Source: Macrostomum lignano (lineage: Eukaryota). Taken from it: 64,000 nucleotides of DNA. The notes under the pieces are model-generated. The model saw only the letters and a list, made by a program, of their open reading frames with translations. It was not told the DNA's origin and ran no database searches. Made by a program: the position numbers and the translations under genes. Shown piece after piece: positions 51,701-63,679 of the stretch; positions within the stretch are counted from its first letter, which is position 1; the number at the start of each line of letters is the position of its first letter. The stretch covers positions 1 through 64,000 of the forward strand of contig NIVC01001901.1 of the NCBI GenBank assembly GCA_002269645.1, read 5' to 3'.

Positions 51701-54577
51701 ATCCGAGTATCAGGTGCGCTTAGCTGAGCAAGATAAGAAATTGGACCGGCTGCGCAAAGAGGTCCGCGAGCTCACGGAGAAACTGGCCCAGAAGAGCATG
51801 GAGCATCTGGATCGATGGGGCCAGGAGGTCGTACAGCTAAGTCAGCGGGTGGAAGAGATGGAGTTGGTCTTCACTCAGGTGAGTCGATCATTGACTTTCT
51901 TGGCACGTTAACTTATTGTTGGCGCACTGTACTAGCGTACCTTTAAATGCGATTTTACGCTCCAGGCTGACAGCTTCCGTCAGGACGCGGTTGAGTGGCG
52001 CAGCCGAGCGGAGAGCCTACAGGACACGCTGCTGAGGGAGCGCAAGCGCTGGCAGGGCGAGAAAGTATCGCTACAGTTCTCCGCCGAGCAGTTCCGGGTG
52101 ATGCTGGACCAGTGGCTGGACCGATTTCTCAACGCTGTCGAAGATGCTGACGCTTTAAAACTGCAGGAGGGCTGTGAGGAGTTGCCAGCCAAGCAGGATG
52201 AGGTGCGGTGGGCACCCTGACGGTGACGGGTTTCCTGTTGAACATTCAGAAGTGTATCAAAATACAATGTATGCTTGACATTTCAGCTCAGGGCCTCCAT
52301 CAAGCTGATTGTTGACGACATTGTCAAATTCAAGAGTCGCGTCAGCGGACACGACAAATCAGCCGGCGGATTCGCTAAGCAGGGCAAGCTGAGGTGAGCT
52401 GAGTAGAAGCTCTGTGATGGTTAAAGAAAAATAGAACCGGTCTGAGACTCGGACAGGAGTCAGATAGTGAGTTCCCCACACAGATAATGAGTGTCCCCGC
52501 ATGGATAGTGAGTGTCTCCACATGGATAGGGAGTGTCTCTTCACGGATAGTGAGTGTCCCCACATGGATAGGGAGTGTCTCCACATGGATAGGGAGTGTC
52601 TACTCACGGATAGTGAGTGTCCCCACATGGATAGTGAGTGTCCCAACATGGATAGTGAGTGTCCCCACATGGATAGTGAGTGTCCCCACATGGATAGGGA
52701 GTGTTTCCACATGGATAGTGAGTGTCTATTCACGGATAGTGAGTGTCCCAACATGGATAGTGAGTGTCCCCACATGGATAGGGAGTGTTTCCACATGGAT
52801 AGTGAGTGTCTATTCACGGATAGTGAGTGTCCCAAGATGGATAGTGAGTGTCCCCACATGGATAGTGAGTGTCCCCACATGGATAGGGAGTGTTTCCACA
52901 TGGATAGTGAGTGTCTATTCACGGATAGTGAGTGTCCCAACATGGATAGTGAGTGTCCCCACATGGATAGTGAGTGTTCCCACATGGATAGTGAGTGTCC
53001 CCACATGGATAGCGAGTGTCCCCACATGGATAGCGAGTGTCCCCACACTCGTGTCGATCTCAAAAGGCTAACTTCGAAGACACAGTTGCGCATACACTGC
53101 TTATTTAAATGCACAAAGTTACTCAAATATGGCAGGATGTCACTGGAAACTGAATCTCTTGCACCAAATAACCGCATCGCAGCTACAGATCCGCTCTGAA
53201 CAGCGCCAGCAGCCTCAGCAACACGTCTGGCATCGGTGCTGGCGCCGCATCATCTACAGGAGCCGCCACCGCCTCCGCCGACGACCCGTTCGGTTCAATA
53301 GGCGCTGTCGCTGGATCATCCGGAGCTCAGCAGCAGCAGCAGCTCCAGCGCCCGCCGCAGCAGCCGCAGCTGGCTGGCTCAGGCAGTTTGGGCAACCGCT
53401 CCATCAGCATGGACTGGTCGGCCGCCCGCTCGCTACTCCGAGCCGAGAGTCCGTTCCGGTCCAAACGGTCCGCCAGTCCGGACGTCTCAGTCAAGAAGGT
53501 GACGGCCTACCCGGACCCGTCGCCCGGCTTCTGGATCAAGCCGTCGAGTCGGACCAACTCGCGGGAGAGTCTGGCCTCGTCGCAGACCAACCTGACCTTC
53601 CCGACTGTCCGCTTCTCGCCGCACGTGTCCTCGGCCGATGCGGACAGTTCGCTGTCCGGCTCCACCAGCAGCCTATCGAAGATGGCCAGCAGCAACGCCG
53701 CTGCCAGGAGGCGGTTCTATCAGGCCTACGATGAGCAGGTGAGCAAATGGGCAGATGGGCAACCGACAGCTCAGCTGCAGCTATTGCGCGGCGCATCTGA
53801 AGGCTCAGTCCAAGGACTGGGGGTCGCCACACACACACACCCTCAATTACCCCAGCTAATGCTGGCACCCATTTTACAGCTTGGGTGGGACTGAAGCAAT
53901 GCAGAGTCAAGTGTCTTGCTCAATGGGCACAAATTTTTCCGAGTTGGGTTCGGAATCGAACCTCCGACCTTTAAGACGTGAGTCTGGCGATCTAACAACT
54001 AGGCTGAAACCCCTGGTTAGTTGCAGTATCCACTGAGCCTAACCAATAACCACTAACAGTCGGTGGCTTCTGACTCAGCTCAAAATTGCCTAGACTCGAA
54101 ACTTTAACTAACGCTCCGATAAATTTGCAGGTCTACGCCAGCAGCGAGCGGCTGATGCCGTCAAGCGGCGGCAGCGTTGCCACCGGCGTCGTAGCAGCGG
54201 CAAAGTCCAAGCCGGACGATGATGATGCCGAACTGAAAGCTCAACCGGAGAAGCAGCCGCAGACTCAGACGCAGCAGCCGCAGCAGCAACAACAGAAACA
54301 AGAAAAGCAGCCGGAAAAGCAGCAGGCCCCGCAGACGCAACCAAAGCCGCAGCCGCAGCCGCAGCAGAAGCCGCCGCCGCCTCAGCCGGCTCCGAAGCCA
54401 GCAAAGGCGGGAACTTCAGCGTTACGAAACCCGTTCGGCGTGACGCTGAAATCTGTCAAGCCGGTGACGCAGGCTCAGCCGCAAGCGCAGGCGCAGCAAC
54501 AGCAGCAACAGCAGCAGCAGCAACCGCCACCGAAAGGTGCGACTGGCATTAAGAAATTCTTCCCGCGAAGCAGCTAA
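39750..54577 (+). CDS. SOGA/MTCL-family long coiled-coil protein (about 2016 aa, 17 coding exons)
   Basis: Phase-consistent exons: 39750-40269, 40347-41080, 42775-42963, 44015-44089, 44163-44682, 45171-45524, 46083-46305, 47423-47576, 48564-48707, 48975-49401, 50023-50690, 50761-50997, 51414-51878, 51966-52202, 52287-52393, 53189-53738, 54131-54577 (sum 6051 nt). SOGA/MTCL signatures: ELSEMHDSFQDED...ELQRELDAANKSYRVIQFKLRKAERR, ELEDELRMAKEVSVRLHDELE, DLVEQLRFSKEEAKILKRKL. AATAAA follows the stop. The exact vertebrate orthologue is not resolvable. Confidence 0.85.
41147..41331. repeat. 31-bp intronic minisatellite (GCTGCAGGACTGTGTGTGCTGTTGTGACTGA)
   Basis: Period 31 (41180, 41211). Confidence 0.9.
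42352..42680. repeat. 20-bp intronic minisatellite GTGTACATATCGGTGAGCGT
   Basis: Seen directly. Confidence 0.95.
43549..43918 (+). mobile_element. tRNA-derived SINE, family A, copy 2
   Basis: GGGGACCGTAGCC head, GGCTCGATTCC B-box, shared body and a poly-A tail at about 43905-43918. Confidence 0.8.
44775..45080. repeat. Degenerate intronic repeat, core AAAGTACACGTAGACCTAACGAAGACAC
   Basis: Several imperfect copies are visible. Confidence 0.75.
45845..46060. repeat. 32-bp intronic minisatellite GGTGGGACTGGGAGCTACATTAGTGGATCACC, about 7 copies
   Basis: Period 32 (45845, 45877). Confidence 0.95.
46366..47330. repeat. Degenerate 14-15 bp repeat AGAATCTCACCC(C)TC, interrupted by a SINE
   Basis: Visible at 46366-46846 and 47206-47330. 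Confidence 0.9.
46847..47205 (-). mobile_element. tRNA-derived SINE, family A, copy 3 (most complete head)
   Basis: The minus strand reads GGGGCCGTAGCCCAGCGGTAGCGCAGCTGCTCTGGTGTGCCAGCGACCCAGGCTCGATTCC, then the shared body and an A7 tail, flanked by ATCTCACCCCTT on both sides. Confidence 0.85.
47695..48450. repeat. 30-bp intronic minisatellite GGGAGCTGGTGCGGGATCACCAGTGATACT, about 24 copies
   Basis: Seen directly; 10-aa periodicity GAGAGSPVIL. Confidence 0.96.
52480..53047. repeat. 21-bp intronic minisatellite TGAGTGTCCCCACATGGATAG, about 27 copies
   Basis: Seen directly. Confidence 0.96.
53820..54013 (-). mobile_element. tRNA-derived SINE with a CORE-like central domain (family B)
   Basis: Minus strand: tRNA-like head GGGGTTTCAGCCTAGTTGTTAG...GGTTCGATTCC, then GTGCCCATTGAGCAAGACACTTGACTC...CTGTAAAATGGG, which resembles the CORE-SINE consensus. 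Confidence 0.7.
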
Positions 54578-55345
54578 ACTTTACTCTAATAAAAAAAATT
54601 CTCTCTAGCGTGCCTCCATGGACGCCCCCTCTCTCTCTTGATCTCTTGAGCTGCCTTTTTTTATATCACAATTTTTTTCTGATCAGTTTGTTTTTCGTCC
54701 TCGTGTCTTTTGCTGAGAGATGAGACGGGTAGCAACTTTTTATCGAACGTTTTTTTCAATAATCACGCATGATGTGAGCGGTTTTTTATTGTTATTAGAC
54801 TACTGTAAGTAGCACGTTTCGCTGACCAGCCGACATTGGTGCTGCAAACTGGTGAAGGACTGCAACTCGATTCATTTTTTTCTGAGGTCCGAAAATCCAA
54901 GCTGCACTGCTGAACTAATTGTACATTAGCTTGGCTTTTCTAATGTTAAGCAGATCCCTGGGCTAAAATGTCACTCACTTCATCGATTCTGTACCTTAAA
55001 TTATTCACTATGCAGTATTTGCTTATGAATTCCTGTCAAGTCGAAGGAACCCAAAGAACTGTACAAAAACAGGTCAGGTATTTTTAAAAGCTTTTCTCAA
55101 GACTTTTTTTAAAATTTTCTAACGGGTTTTTTAAGCTGCTAAGTTGCAAAATTTCGAGTGATTTATCCTTTAGCTCAAAGTGTGCTGAATTTCAGTATGG
55201 AACATTAAATATGCGAGAAATAAATTGCAATCAAATTCAGCGCATGCGATTGTACCTCGCTTCTAATTTTATTTAGCCAGCCCTTCGTGTCTGGATTAAA
55301 ACGAAGTTGCAAACTCACTCAGATTATAGATGAGAAACACGTGCT

Positions 55346-55780
<435 letters not shown>

Positions 55781-56129
55781 TGCAATAAGTTTCTATCGGC
55801 AGTACATGCTACAAAAGTATACTAGAAAAAAGTGCGGGATATGTGGCAGTTAGCAGCTGAGTAAGAGATTTGTAGCAAATTTTACCGGATAAAGCATGAC
55901 TGTTACAGATATTTTATTCATATCTGTCTGGCTCGTAGCTGTAAACATTTGGATCTGCTACTTCCACCGTAACGCTAACGTCTTGGAGTTCAAACTGCTA
56001 CGATGCAGAGAAACAGTTTTGTAACAGATGAGTTCCGTAATCACAAATAACATTTCCAGATGTAGAAGCATTTTGAACAGATCGTCCGGATTTCCTACAG
56101 CAGGTCACAGGGCCCTGTCGACTACTCTA

Positions 56130-59100
56130 TCAAGTAGCTCTTCGGTCCCTCTTCTGTCGAGTCCGGATGCATACGATGAGCATAGCGCTCACTGCGAGAA
56201 GCAACTGGAAAGGTAAATGTTTGGATACGTGGAGAAACATTGTCAGTCAATCAGTTAAGTGATATCTGCTGACGTGTCTAATTTTAACGTGCCCGCAGAT
56301 TTATTTGTATGCGGGTGGGTGAAGTGTCTGTGGGTAATAGAGTGTGCCAGGGTGACTTGTATGCGGGTGGGTGAAGTGTCTGTGGGTAATAAAGTGTGCC
56401 AGGGTGAATTGTGTGCGGGTGGGTGAAGTGTCTGTGGGTAATAGAGTGTGCCAGGGTGACTTGTATGCGGGTGGGTGAAGTGTCTGTGGGTAATAGAGTG
56501 TGCCAGGGTGAATTGTGTGCGGTTGGGTGAAGTGTCTGTGGGTAATAGAGTGTGCCAGGGTGAATTGTGTGCGGTTGGGTGAAGTGTCTGTGGGTAATAG
56601 AGTGTGCCAGGGTGAATTGTGTGCGGTTGGGTGAAGTGTCTGTGGGTAATAGAGTGTGCCAGGGTGAATTGTGTGCGGTTGGGTGAAGTGTCTGTGGGTA
56701 ATAGAGTGTGCCAGGGTGAATTGTGTGCGGGTGGGTGAAGTGTCTGTGGGTAATAGAGTGTGCCAGGGTGAATTGTGTGCGGGTGGGTGAAGTGTCTGTG
56801 GGTAATAGAGCCAGGGTGAATTTTCTAGGAATTGTCTGCGGCTGAAGTGTCTGGCTGACTTCTATAGTAGACGACCTAGAACAAGAAGTCAAATAGCAAA
56901 AGTTGAAATAACTACCTGCAGGCCAAGACAGCCACCAATGGAGGCATGTGTCTCCCTCAGTCCCATCCAACTGTTTATCAGGTCGGATAGTCGGTCAAAG
57001 CAGCCCTCCTGATACCAGCTAGTGCTCGGGTTGCTATTGTTGTAGCTGCAGTCGATGTCCACCGGTTTGAGAGTGGACATGTTGTACTTGCAACAGGTGA
57101 CCGGATAGGCGAGCCCTTGAAACGATTAATCAGGAGTACACAGATATTGAAGGTGATATGCATGGATACATCTAGCAACCAAGTTATAGTGCGAAGACTA
57201 ATTTGAATTGTTTGTAGAAACTTTCCAAACAAAAGAGACCCGTAGCGGACGAACTTCTTCGGAGCTTTTCTCGTTCCACATTCTCGGATAAAATTTCCTG
57301 GTTGAGACCTTTCGATGGTTCTTTCGAGAATCTTGCAATCCTCTGACCAAATCTTTAACTTTCGCACCTAACACACTTTTAACCTATTCTCTTCTTTTGG
57401 AACCGTTTTCTGGCCTATCAAAGCATACCTTTTACTGCAATCGTTGCTGTCTTTGGAAGAGAGGGTTGAGGGCCATTTGGTGCAGTGAAAGTCATGCATA
57501 CACTAAAGCTGGGGTCGGCAAACCTTTTACCTCAAGGGCCAGATAAAGAATCCAGCTCATGGCTGCGGGCCAGATGAGAGTAGAAAGGAGAGGGAATGGG
57601 GGAGAGAGAAGAAAGAGAAGATGGGAGATGATAAAAGAGAGGGGAGGTAAGAGGCGACATGAAGGAGGCTATGGGAGAAGAGATGATTGAGAAGAAAGGA
57701 GATAAGAGGAGAGGAGAGGGGAGATGAGATGAGAGGGGAGAGTATAGCAACTGAGAGGAGAGGACAGAGGAGAGGAAAGGGGAGAGGAGATGAGATGAGA
57801 GTAGACAGGAGTGGAGAGGAGAGGAGAGAAGAGGAGAAAGGAGAGAAGAGAAGAGGAGAGGAGAGAGGAGAGGAGAGGAGAGGATAGGAGAGGAGAGGAG
57901 AGGAGAGGAGAGGAGAGGAGAGGAGAGGAGAGGAGAGGAGAGGAGAGGAGAGGAGAGGAGAGGAGAGGAGAGGAGATGAGATGAGAGTAGACAGGAGTGG
58001 AGAGGAGAGGAGAGGAGAGGAGAGGAGAGGAGAGGAGAGAAGAGAGAAGATGAGAAGAGAGCAGGAGAGATAACTGAGAAGAGACAAACCTTGAGCGGGC
58101 CGGATTGGCATTCTAAAGTGTCCAAGGACCCGAGGGCCAGATAGAGAGGCTTTGCGTGCCGCATATGTCCCGCGGGCCGGAGTTAGCTCACCCCTGCGGT
58201 AAAGTCTCACGGACTACTTAATTGTCGTTTATCTACTTAAGTAGTCCATGTGAAGTCTATCGAGTTCGGTAAGAGTTCATGAGAAGCTTGAGGATAGAAG
58301 AGATTACGTAAAGAACGGTTGCAGTTGTTTAAGCCTAGATTTAGAACGTGGTGAACTACAGGTAGAGGGCATACGAAGCTGAAGATTAAAAAAGGAGAAA
58401 GCGATGGATGGAGAGCAAGATGACTTTGCCACAGAAGATTCCCTCTGCGGCCATGAGTGAGATCTAGAATTTTGGCAATTGGTTCTGTTGCTATTTGAAA
58501 TCCTCAAAAAGCTCACCATAGCTGATCGATCTGTTGTTCTCCTGATAGGTGTAGATTCTGTTCCAACGCGGACTAAGCGTTTGAAAGTCTGTGCCATTGT
58601 TGACACCGCAGCACCCAGCGAATATGTGCAGCAGATTCTGGGACAGAGTTTGCACATTGTCGCTGCCAAGGCCTGTGTACTTCTGCAGACCGTCCAGCAT
58701 GGCGCGTTTGATGAGCTGCTTGAACTGTTGAAGGGTTTTTTAATTGTAGTGCGCTGGGTTTTTTTAAGGTCGGAAATCCAGTTTCCAGCTGGCCCTTTGG
58801 GCTCAAAATCCAGTTGCCAATGGCTATTTTTGGTTGCCCATTGGCAACTAGCCCAATTCTCGAGGTTGGATATTTCCAAGGCTACGTTTGAAAAGCAGAA
58901 ATTTGTTCTCTCAACTCTAAGATTGCAATCTATGCTGCAAACAATAACAACTAACAATTCCATCATATCGATTTATATGGCACTTTTATTACATTTACAA
59001 AATCATATTTTGAATTTGGCATTCTGGCACGGGGAAAATGAAGTTGCCAGATTGGCCTCTGATTGCCAAAAATCCAGTTGCCAATGAGATTTTCAAGGGC

Positions 59101-60007
59101 CCAAAAAACCCCATATGGTCTAAAAAAACCCAGGTAGTGCGTTCGCCGTAAACTCATCGGAGCAAATACGAGACCGAAGTAAAGCTCCCAAACTCCCAAA
59201 ACAAACCGACTGACTGAAATCTCCTCAAAGTATCAAAGTATTCCCGCGCTTAATATGACATCGCCCTTTGGCATTTGACAAGTCACCCCATTGACTCGGC
59301 ACATTTGCAGCAGAGGCCGAGTCCGAGCTGCATCCATAATACTAGTAAAACTTGAGACTCTGGGTCCTCAAACCCAAATTATTGCTCTGCTGAAACATTT
59401 CGATATACTTAAAGACCAACTTACTTCGCCCCAGTGGCTATCTGTTCAGGTGAGACACATCTTTTTAAAAAGGATTCTTCAATGAAAGGTGTCAAGTAGG
59501 CGAATACATTGACATTAAAACAGAGAAAATAAAATTACTTGCCATTTCAAGCTTGGCGAACCACACCGCGACTAAAACCAGCTGACCATTGAGCAGCACC
59601 AATAGATAGGCTGCGTACTGAAAATTTCAGGTGCATTTTGCATGGAATGAGTCCATTACAGAGTGAGTAGCCTATACCCAGACCCTTCTCTGGCACCAAC
59701 AATGTATGCAGTGTCTCACAATGACCAGGCAGACACGGTTGCTGCAGCTGGCGCCCAGACAGCCCAGGCAGCTCAGGCCGACAAGCGCCAGACCGGCGCC
59801 AATAAACACGCCACCGATGGCGCCGGAAACCTCGCCCAGACCGGACAGCAGGCTGTCCAAGTCGATGTCAAGGCCCGGCGGTAGGAGGCCGTTGATGTGG
59901 TTGCCAAGCGAGCTGAGCACTCCGCTATCGGATTTCAACAGATCGCTAAGTCCGGCGAAGCCCCAGGCGAGCAGGCAGGCGATCAGGGTAAGAGCGATTC
60001 CGATTGG
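56130..60007 (-). CDS. Tetraspanin (first exon and start codon unresolved)
   Basis: Phase-consistent exons: 60007-59720 (TM1, EC1, TM2, LGCLGA..NRVCL), 59617-59543 (TM3; GC donor), 58724-58517 (EC2 with GCCG), 57115-56916 (PVTCC...DC...EGC) and 56204-56130 (end of TM4 and basic tail, stop). Six EC2 cysteines. The first half of TM4 is unusually polar (RETH). Confidence 0.85.
56305..56820. repeat. 52-bp intronic minisatellite, about 10 copies
   Basis: AGTGTGCCAGGGTGA recurs with period 52 (56341, 56393). Confidence 0.95.
57509..58196. mobile_element. hAT (Charlie/MER-like) MITE with an internal (GGAGA)n-rich expansion
   Basis: Ends CTGGGGTCGGCAAAC...AGTTAGCTCACCCCTG resemble the CAGGGGTCGGCAAAC-type hAT TIR. 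The 8-bp flanks CACTAAAG and CGGTAAAG match 6 of 8. GGGCCAGAT/GGGCCGG subterminal motifs are present. Confidence 0.65.
58754..59133. mobile_element. 380-bp MITE with 13-bp TIRs and a perfect 8-bp TSD
   Basis: TIR CTGGGTTTTTTTA...TAAAAAAACCCAG; TSD GTAGTGCG at 58746-58753 and 59134-59141; internal AAATCCAGTTGCCAAT repeats. Confidence 0.85.
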
Positions 60008-63000
60008 CTGGCGAGATTGGTACATCGTTAGAGGGAACTGTCAGCTCACAAGCTTATTTAATTGTCGTGAGCTATAGGGTTGATTAAATCGTATTTCTGG
60101 GACCGTCTCAATGATGTTGGCACTCGATCTTAAATAGCTCGTAGTTTGTGAATGTCAGCTGAGTAATAATATCATTGAAACAAAATAGACACTTTGACTT
60201 TGCTAATAAAGTTATGCTTAAGTAAGTTTGTACTTTCATATTGTATTAATTAGATTAGACCAGTCAAAGACAAGGAAAAGTATTCAGAGAAGTCTGCTGT
60301 AGATTTGATACGTAGACTGTAGACTGAACGAACTGTGAGTATTCTTGCTAACCAAGCCAAACAACTCCAACCATTTAAACACAGTCTTCAAATCGCTTAT
60401 CCCCACCCACTATAAAAGACTACTATACCGGTACTTACAATAAAAATCACGTTTAGCCCTGCTAGGAAGACGCAGCAAGCTGCCCTACAGGCTCTCAGAA
60501 CTTGACCGGCCATTTTTTGCACACGAATTCCGAAATAGTTGCGGTTATGATGTGGATCGATGCGTCGTTGTGCGCTGTATTTAACTGTTTGGCACGAAGT
60601 TCAGGGGTGTATATTATCCTCTAGATTGCCGTTGGCCAGTTCACCTCAAGCTTAAATGCCGTTCGGCAACAACTGAGCTATACTATACATGCAGCTGTAT
60701 TGCCACTGTCAGTCGATTTGGACCACGCCCATGTTATATTGATTAGCATGCCGCATAATTTGGACTGACTGCTCTGAATTTACATGTGTATATCCATATC
60801 GTCTGTGTACAAAGCAACAAAGGCAGCTGTGCACAAGGGATAGTGCTCGTAAATATAAATTCTTCATCTAAAATCACACCTGAAAGTTGATGGATTAGTT
60901 TTTCTGTGTATTACGTGCAATTTATACAATTGCTTTTGCATCAAACGCAGATAATTTACATGTACCACTACTGGAGCCTTGAAATTGAAATCGCTAGCAC
61001 ACTAGACGTATGAACATATCATGCATGCACCCTCCTACAAACTGCCAGCTGAAGTTTACATGTACATGTATAAACATGTCAGTTTGCATGTAAATGTAAC
61101 TATACATGTACATGTACAGTAAGTAGCTAATCTCCCATCGCTTCCTCAGTAACAAAATGCAGAATTTAAATGTCATTGGTCATTCAAAATGCAATGTATT
61201 ATTTAGCAGCCCTGGAAACACGATTTAGAATGATCAGAGTGATATGAAGGGTGTTAAAGTGTACCTGAGAGACCTGAACGATTTCCACAACAGATGTTAG
61301 GAAAATTAAAGTATTTTTTTCTATTGAATAAGATGCGATTTGATTTGATTTCGATGAGGTGATGATCGAGCAATGTAATGTATATTTATGCATTTGTCGA
61401 TCAATTGGATGTCAATTTCTTAGAAATATTTTTTCTACTACGTGTATGTGCTTCTTGTTATCCTTTGTGCATTTATTTTTTGCATTTATTTTGTGCATTT
61501 ATTTGTTATCTTCCTTCAATGTACGAGACAGAGTCATTCAGGGTACATGCGTAAAGCTTAAGCAAAACTTTTGGTCTCTTTCTGAGGTTTTTAATTACTG
61601 ATTTTGATACTTCTAGACATTTAAATGCAAGTTATATTGATTTTTAACAACACAATGTACTTAAGTTATAGTAGCTTTGTTAAACTCAATTTAATTGTTT
61701 TGTGCAATTTTAAATATCCAATATTCATTGCTTCGAGACTCTTCGCGTCATTCAAACTTTCTTTGTTCTATGAATTAACTTTGCATTCAATGCCTATTGT
61801 TCGATGTCTATGGTAAATTTTGTTTCTCGTTCTATAGTATAACCCAAATATACAACACCGACGAGAAAGCAGAGTACTGCTTCAGTGCTTATATTACTCT
61901 TGTATGGGCATTCTTTTGTCCTGCGATCACATACCAGTCCATTGTCCATGAGATATGAGTCAGGGCTTTTGTTATTCGATCCCAAGTAGTAATGGCCGAT
62001 GATCCTTAAAATCAGTTTAGAGTTGAAGAAGGCGTATATTATATTTGACTAACATCCTTCCAAACGGATCCTATATATACACTTTCGTTGTTAAGATAAT
62101 TTAAATGGGGAGATTGTAGGCCTATTGTAATTGTATGAAGGTGATCGCAGGACGAAACTGGAGGGAGATATCAGATATATATTTCGTTTTATGATCACAT
62201 CAGTGGTAAAATTACGGGTAGGGGATCATAGCACAAAATTAAGTGAAACTGATTGTAAACTAACAATTAATGTTATTCCTAAAAATCACTAGGTCTAATG
62301 ATCTGGAAATATTTTAGAAATAACTTAGATTCCTAGAAAAATCCTGGAAAACCCTAAAAAATCTAAAAATTTAAAATTAAAATTGTGTAGACACCCTGGC
62401 TTTAATGAAAATTTTATATTGTTGCTAATTAAAAAACTAAAGCCTACTACATAAAATAGGTCTATTGTTTATATGGTAAAGGCCTAACTATATATTTTCC
62501 TTAAACCATTTTGGCCAAAGATATTTTGCCCCTTGACCATTTTGCTTATAGACCATACATGACCAACCTCAAAATTTCACCTGTCCAGTGCAACTTAGTT
62601 TTGTCCAAATTTGCGACTTACCTATGTACCACCACACTAAAAGACCGGGGGGGGGGGTGGCATGCATTTCGTGCTTATGCTTATTGAAAAATGGAAATAC
62701 CTCATTTCTCTTCCCTTTTCCTACCTTTACTCTCTTTCTTGATTGATTTATCTTTTACTTATTCACTTATATGTAGTACTAAACTGCACTGTAGCCTGTA
62801 CCCTATAGGCTATACTGTACTGTATGTCTGGCAAACTAACTTGTATATATACACTCATGCACTCAATGGTATAAATTCTTTGAGTCATTATATACTTCAC
62901 TTAAAGATAGATCTGCACCTGACTATACGAGCGTATATTGAATCTTATACATGAATAGGATGAAAATGGCCATGAAGACTATTCCATCAACTAGTGTCCC

Positions 63001-63679
63001 CTTTCTGCAACTGAAGAGCAAAAGCCATTGCTCTTTATATGATGGAAACTTGGTCATGCGACTCTTGGAGAAGTTAATGATTGTTGTGATATGCATTGGA
63101 TATTAAAAGAAAATTTACCAGCAATCTTAAGTGCAGCCTGGGGGATCAGGTGATGGTGTAGCTGCAGCACATTCAATAGAACTAGAAGCACCACCATCCC
63201 AATGTTTAGCAAGCTTACACAGAGAGGGACTGTTAATGGCAGTACAAAATCCAGAGGTTGTTGTTTTTAATAAAGATCTATCTATGCAAAAAATTGAAAT
63301 TCATGGTGCAGATACAACAACATTACTCTTCTTGAGTAATGTCACTTAAAAAAGAAGCTGTTTTTGAAATAAAGAAGAAACTAGAAGTCTTGAGACAGAA
63401 TTTGTACGACGGTGCACTGCTCATGCTAAATCTATTGCTATAGAATCTTGACCATCAACTGATGCTAGTACTGAAGCGCAGATCCAACTACAACACAGCC
63501 ATTCATTTGGACTCAGATTCGGAGACTGCGACTGATGGCCAAAGAAGTGAGAGTCCTCCAAGAAAAAGATATATTTATAGTTTATCAAAAAGGATTTTGA
63601 TGAAGTTCAGTCTCATGAAGAGATTTTGATAGAGTTCATTTTTATGGAGAGAATTTTGATGGATTTGGCACATTAAATG

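Noticed and set aside
53940-54013. tRNA gene
   Set aside because: The acceptor stem is not convincing and the sequence runs directly into a CORE-like body, so it is a SINE head.
60308-60375. Candidate first exon of the tetraspanin (CLAWLARILTV-like)
   Set aside because: No in-frame ATG and the phase does not fit without assuming indels; left unresolved.
62960-63620. Coding-like remnant on the + strand
   Set aside because: Multiple stops in all frames and no recognisable motif; possibly an old transposon.
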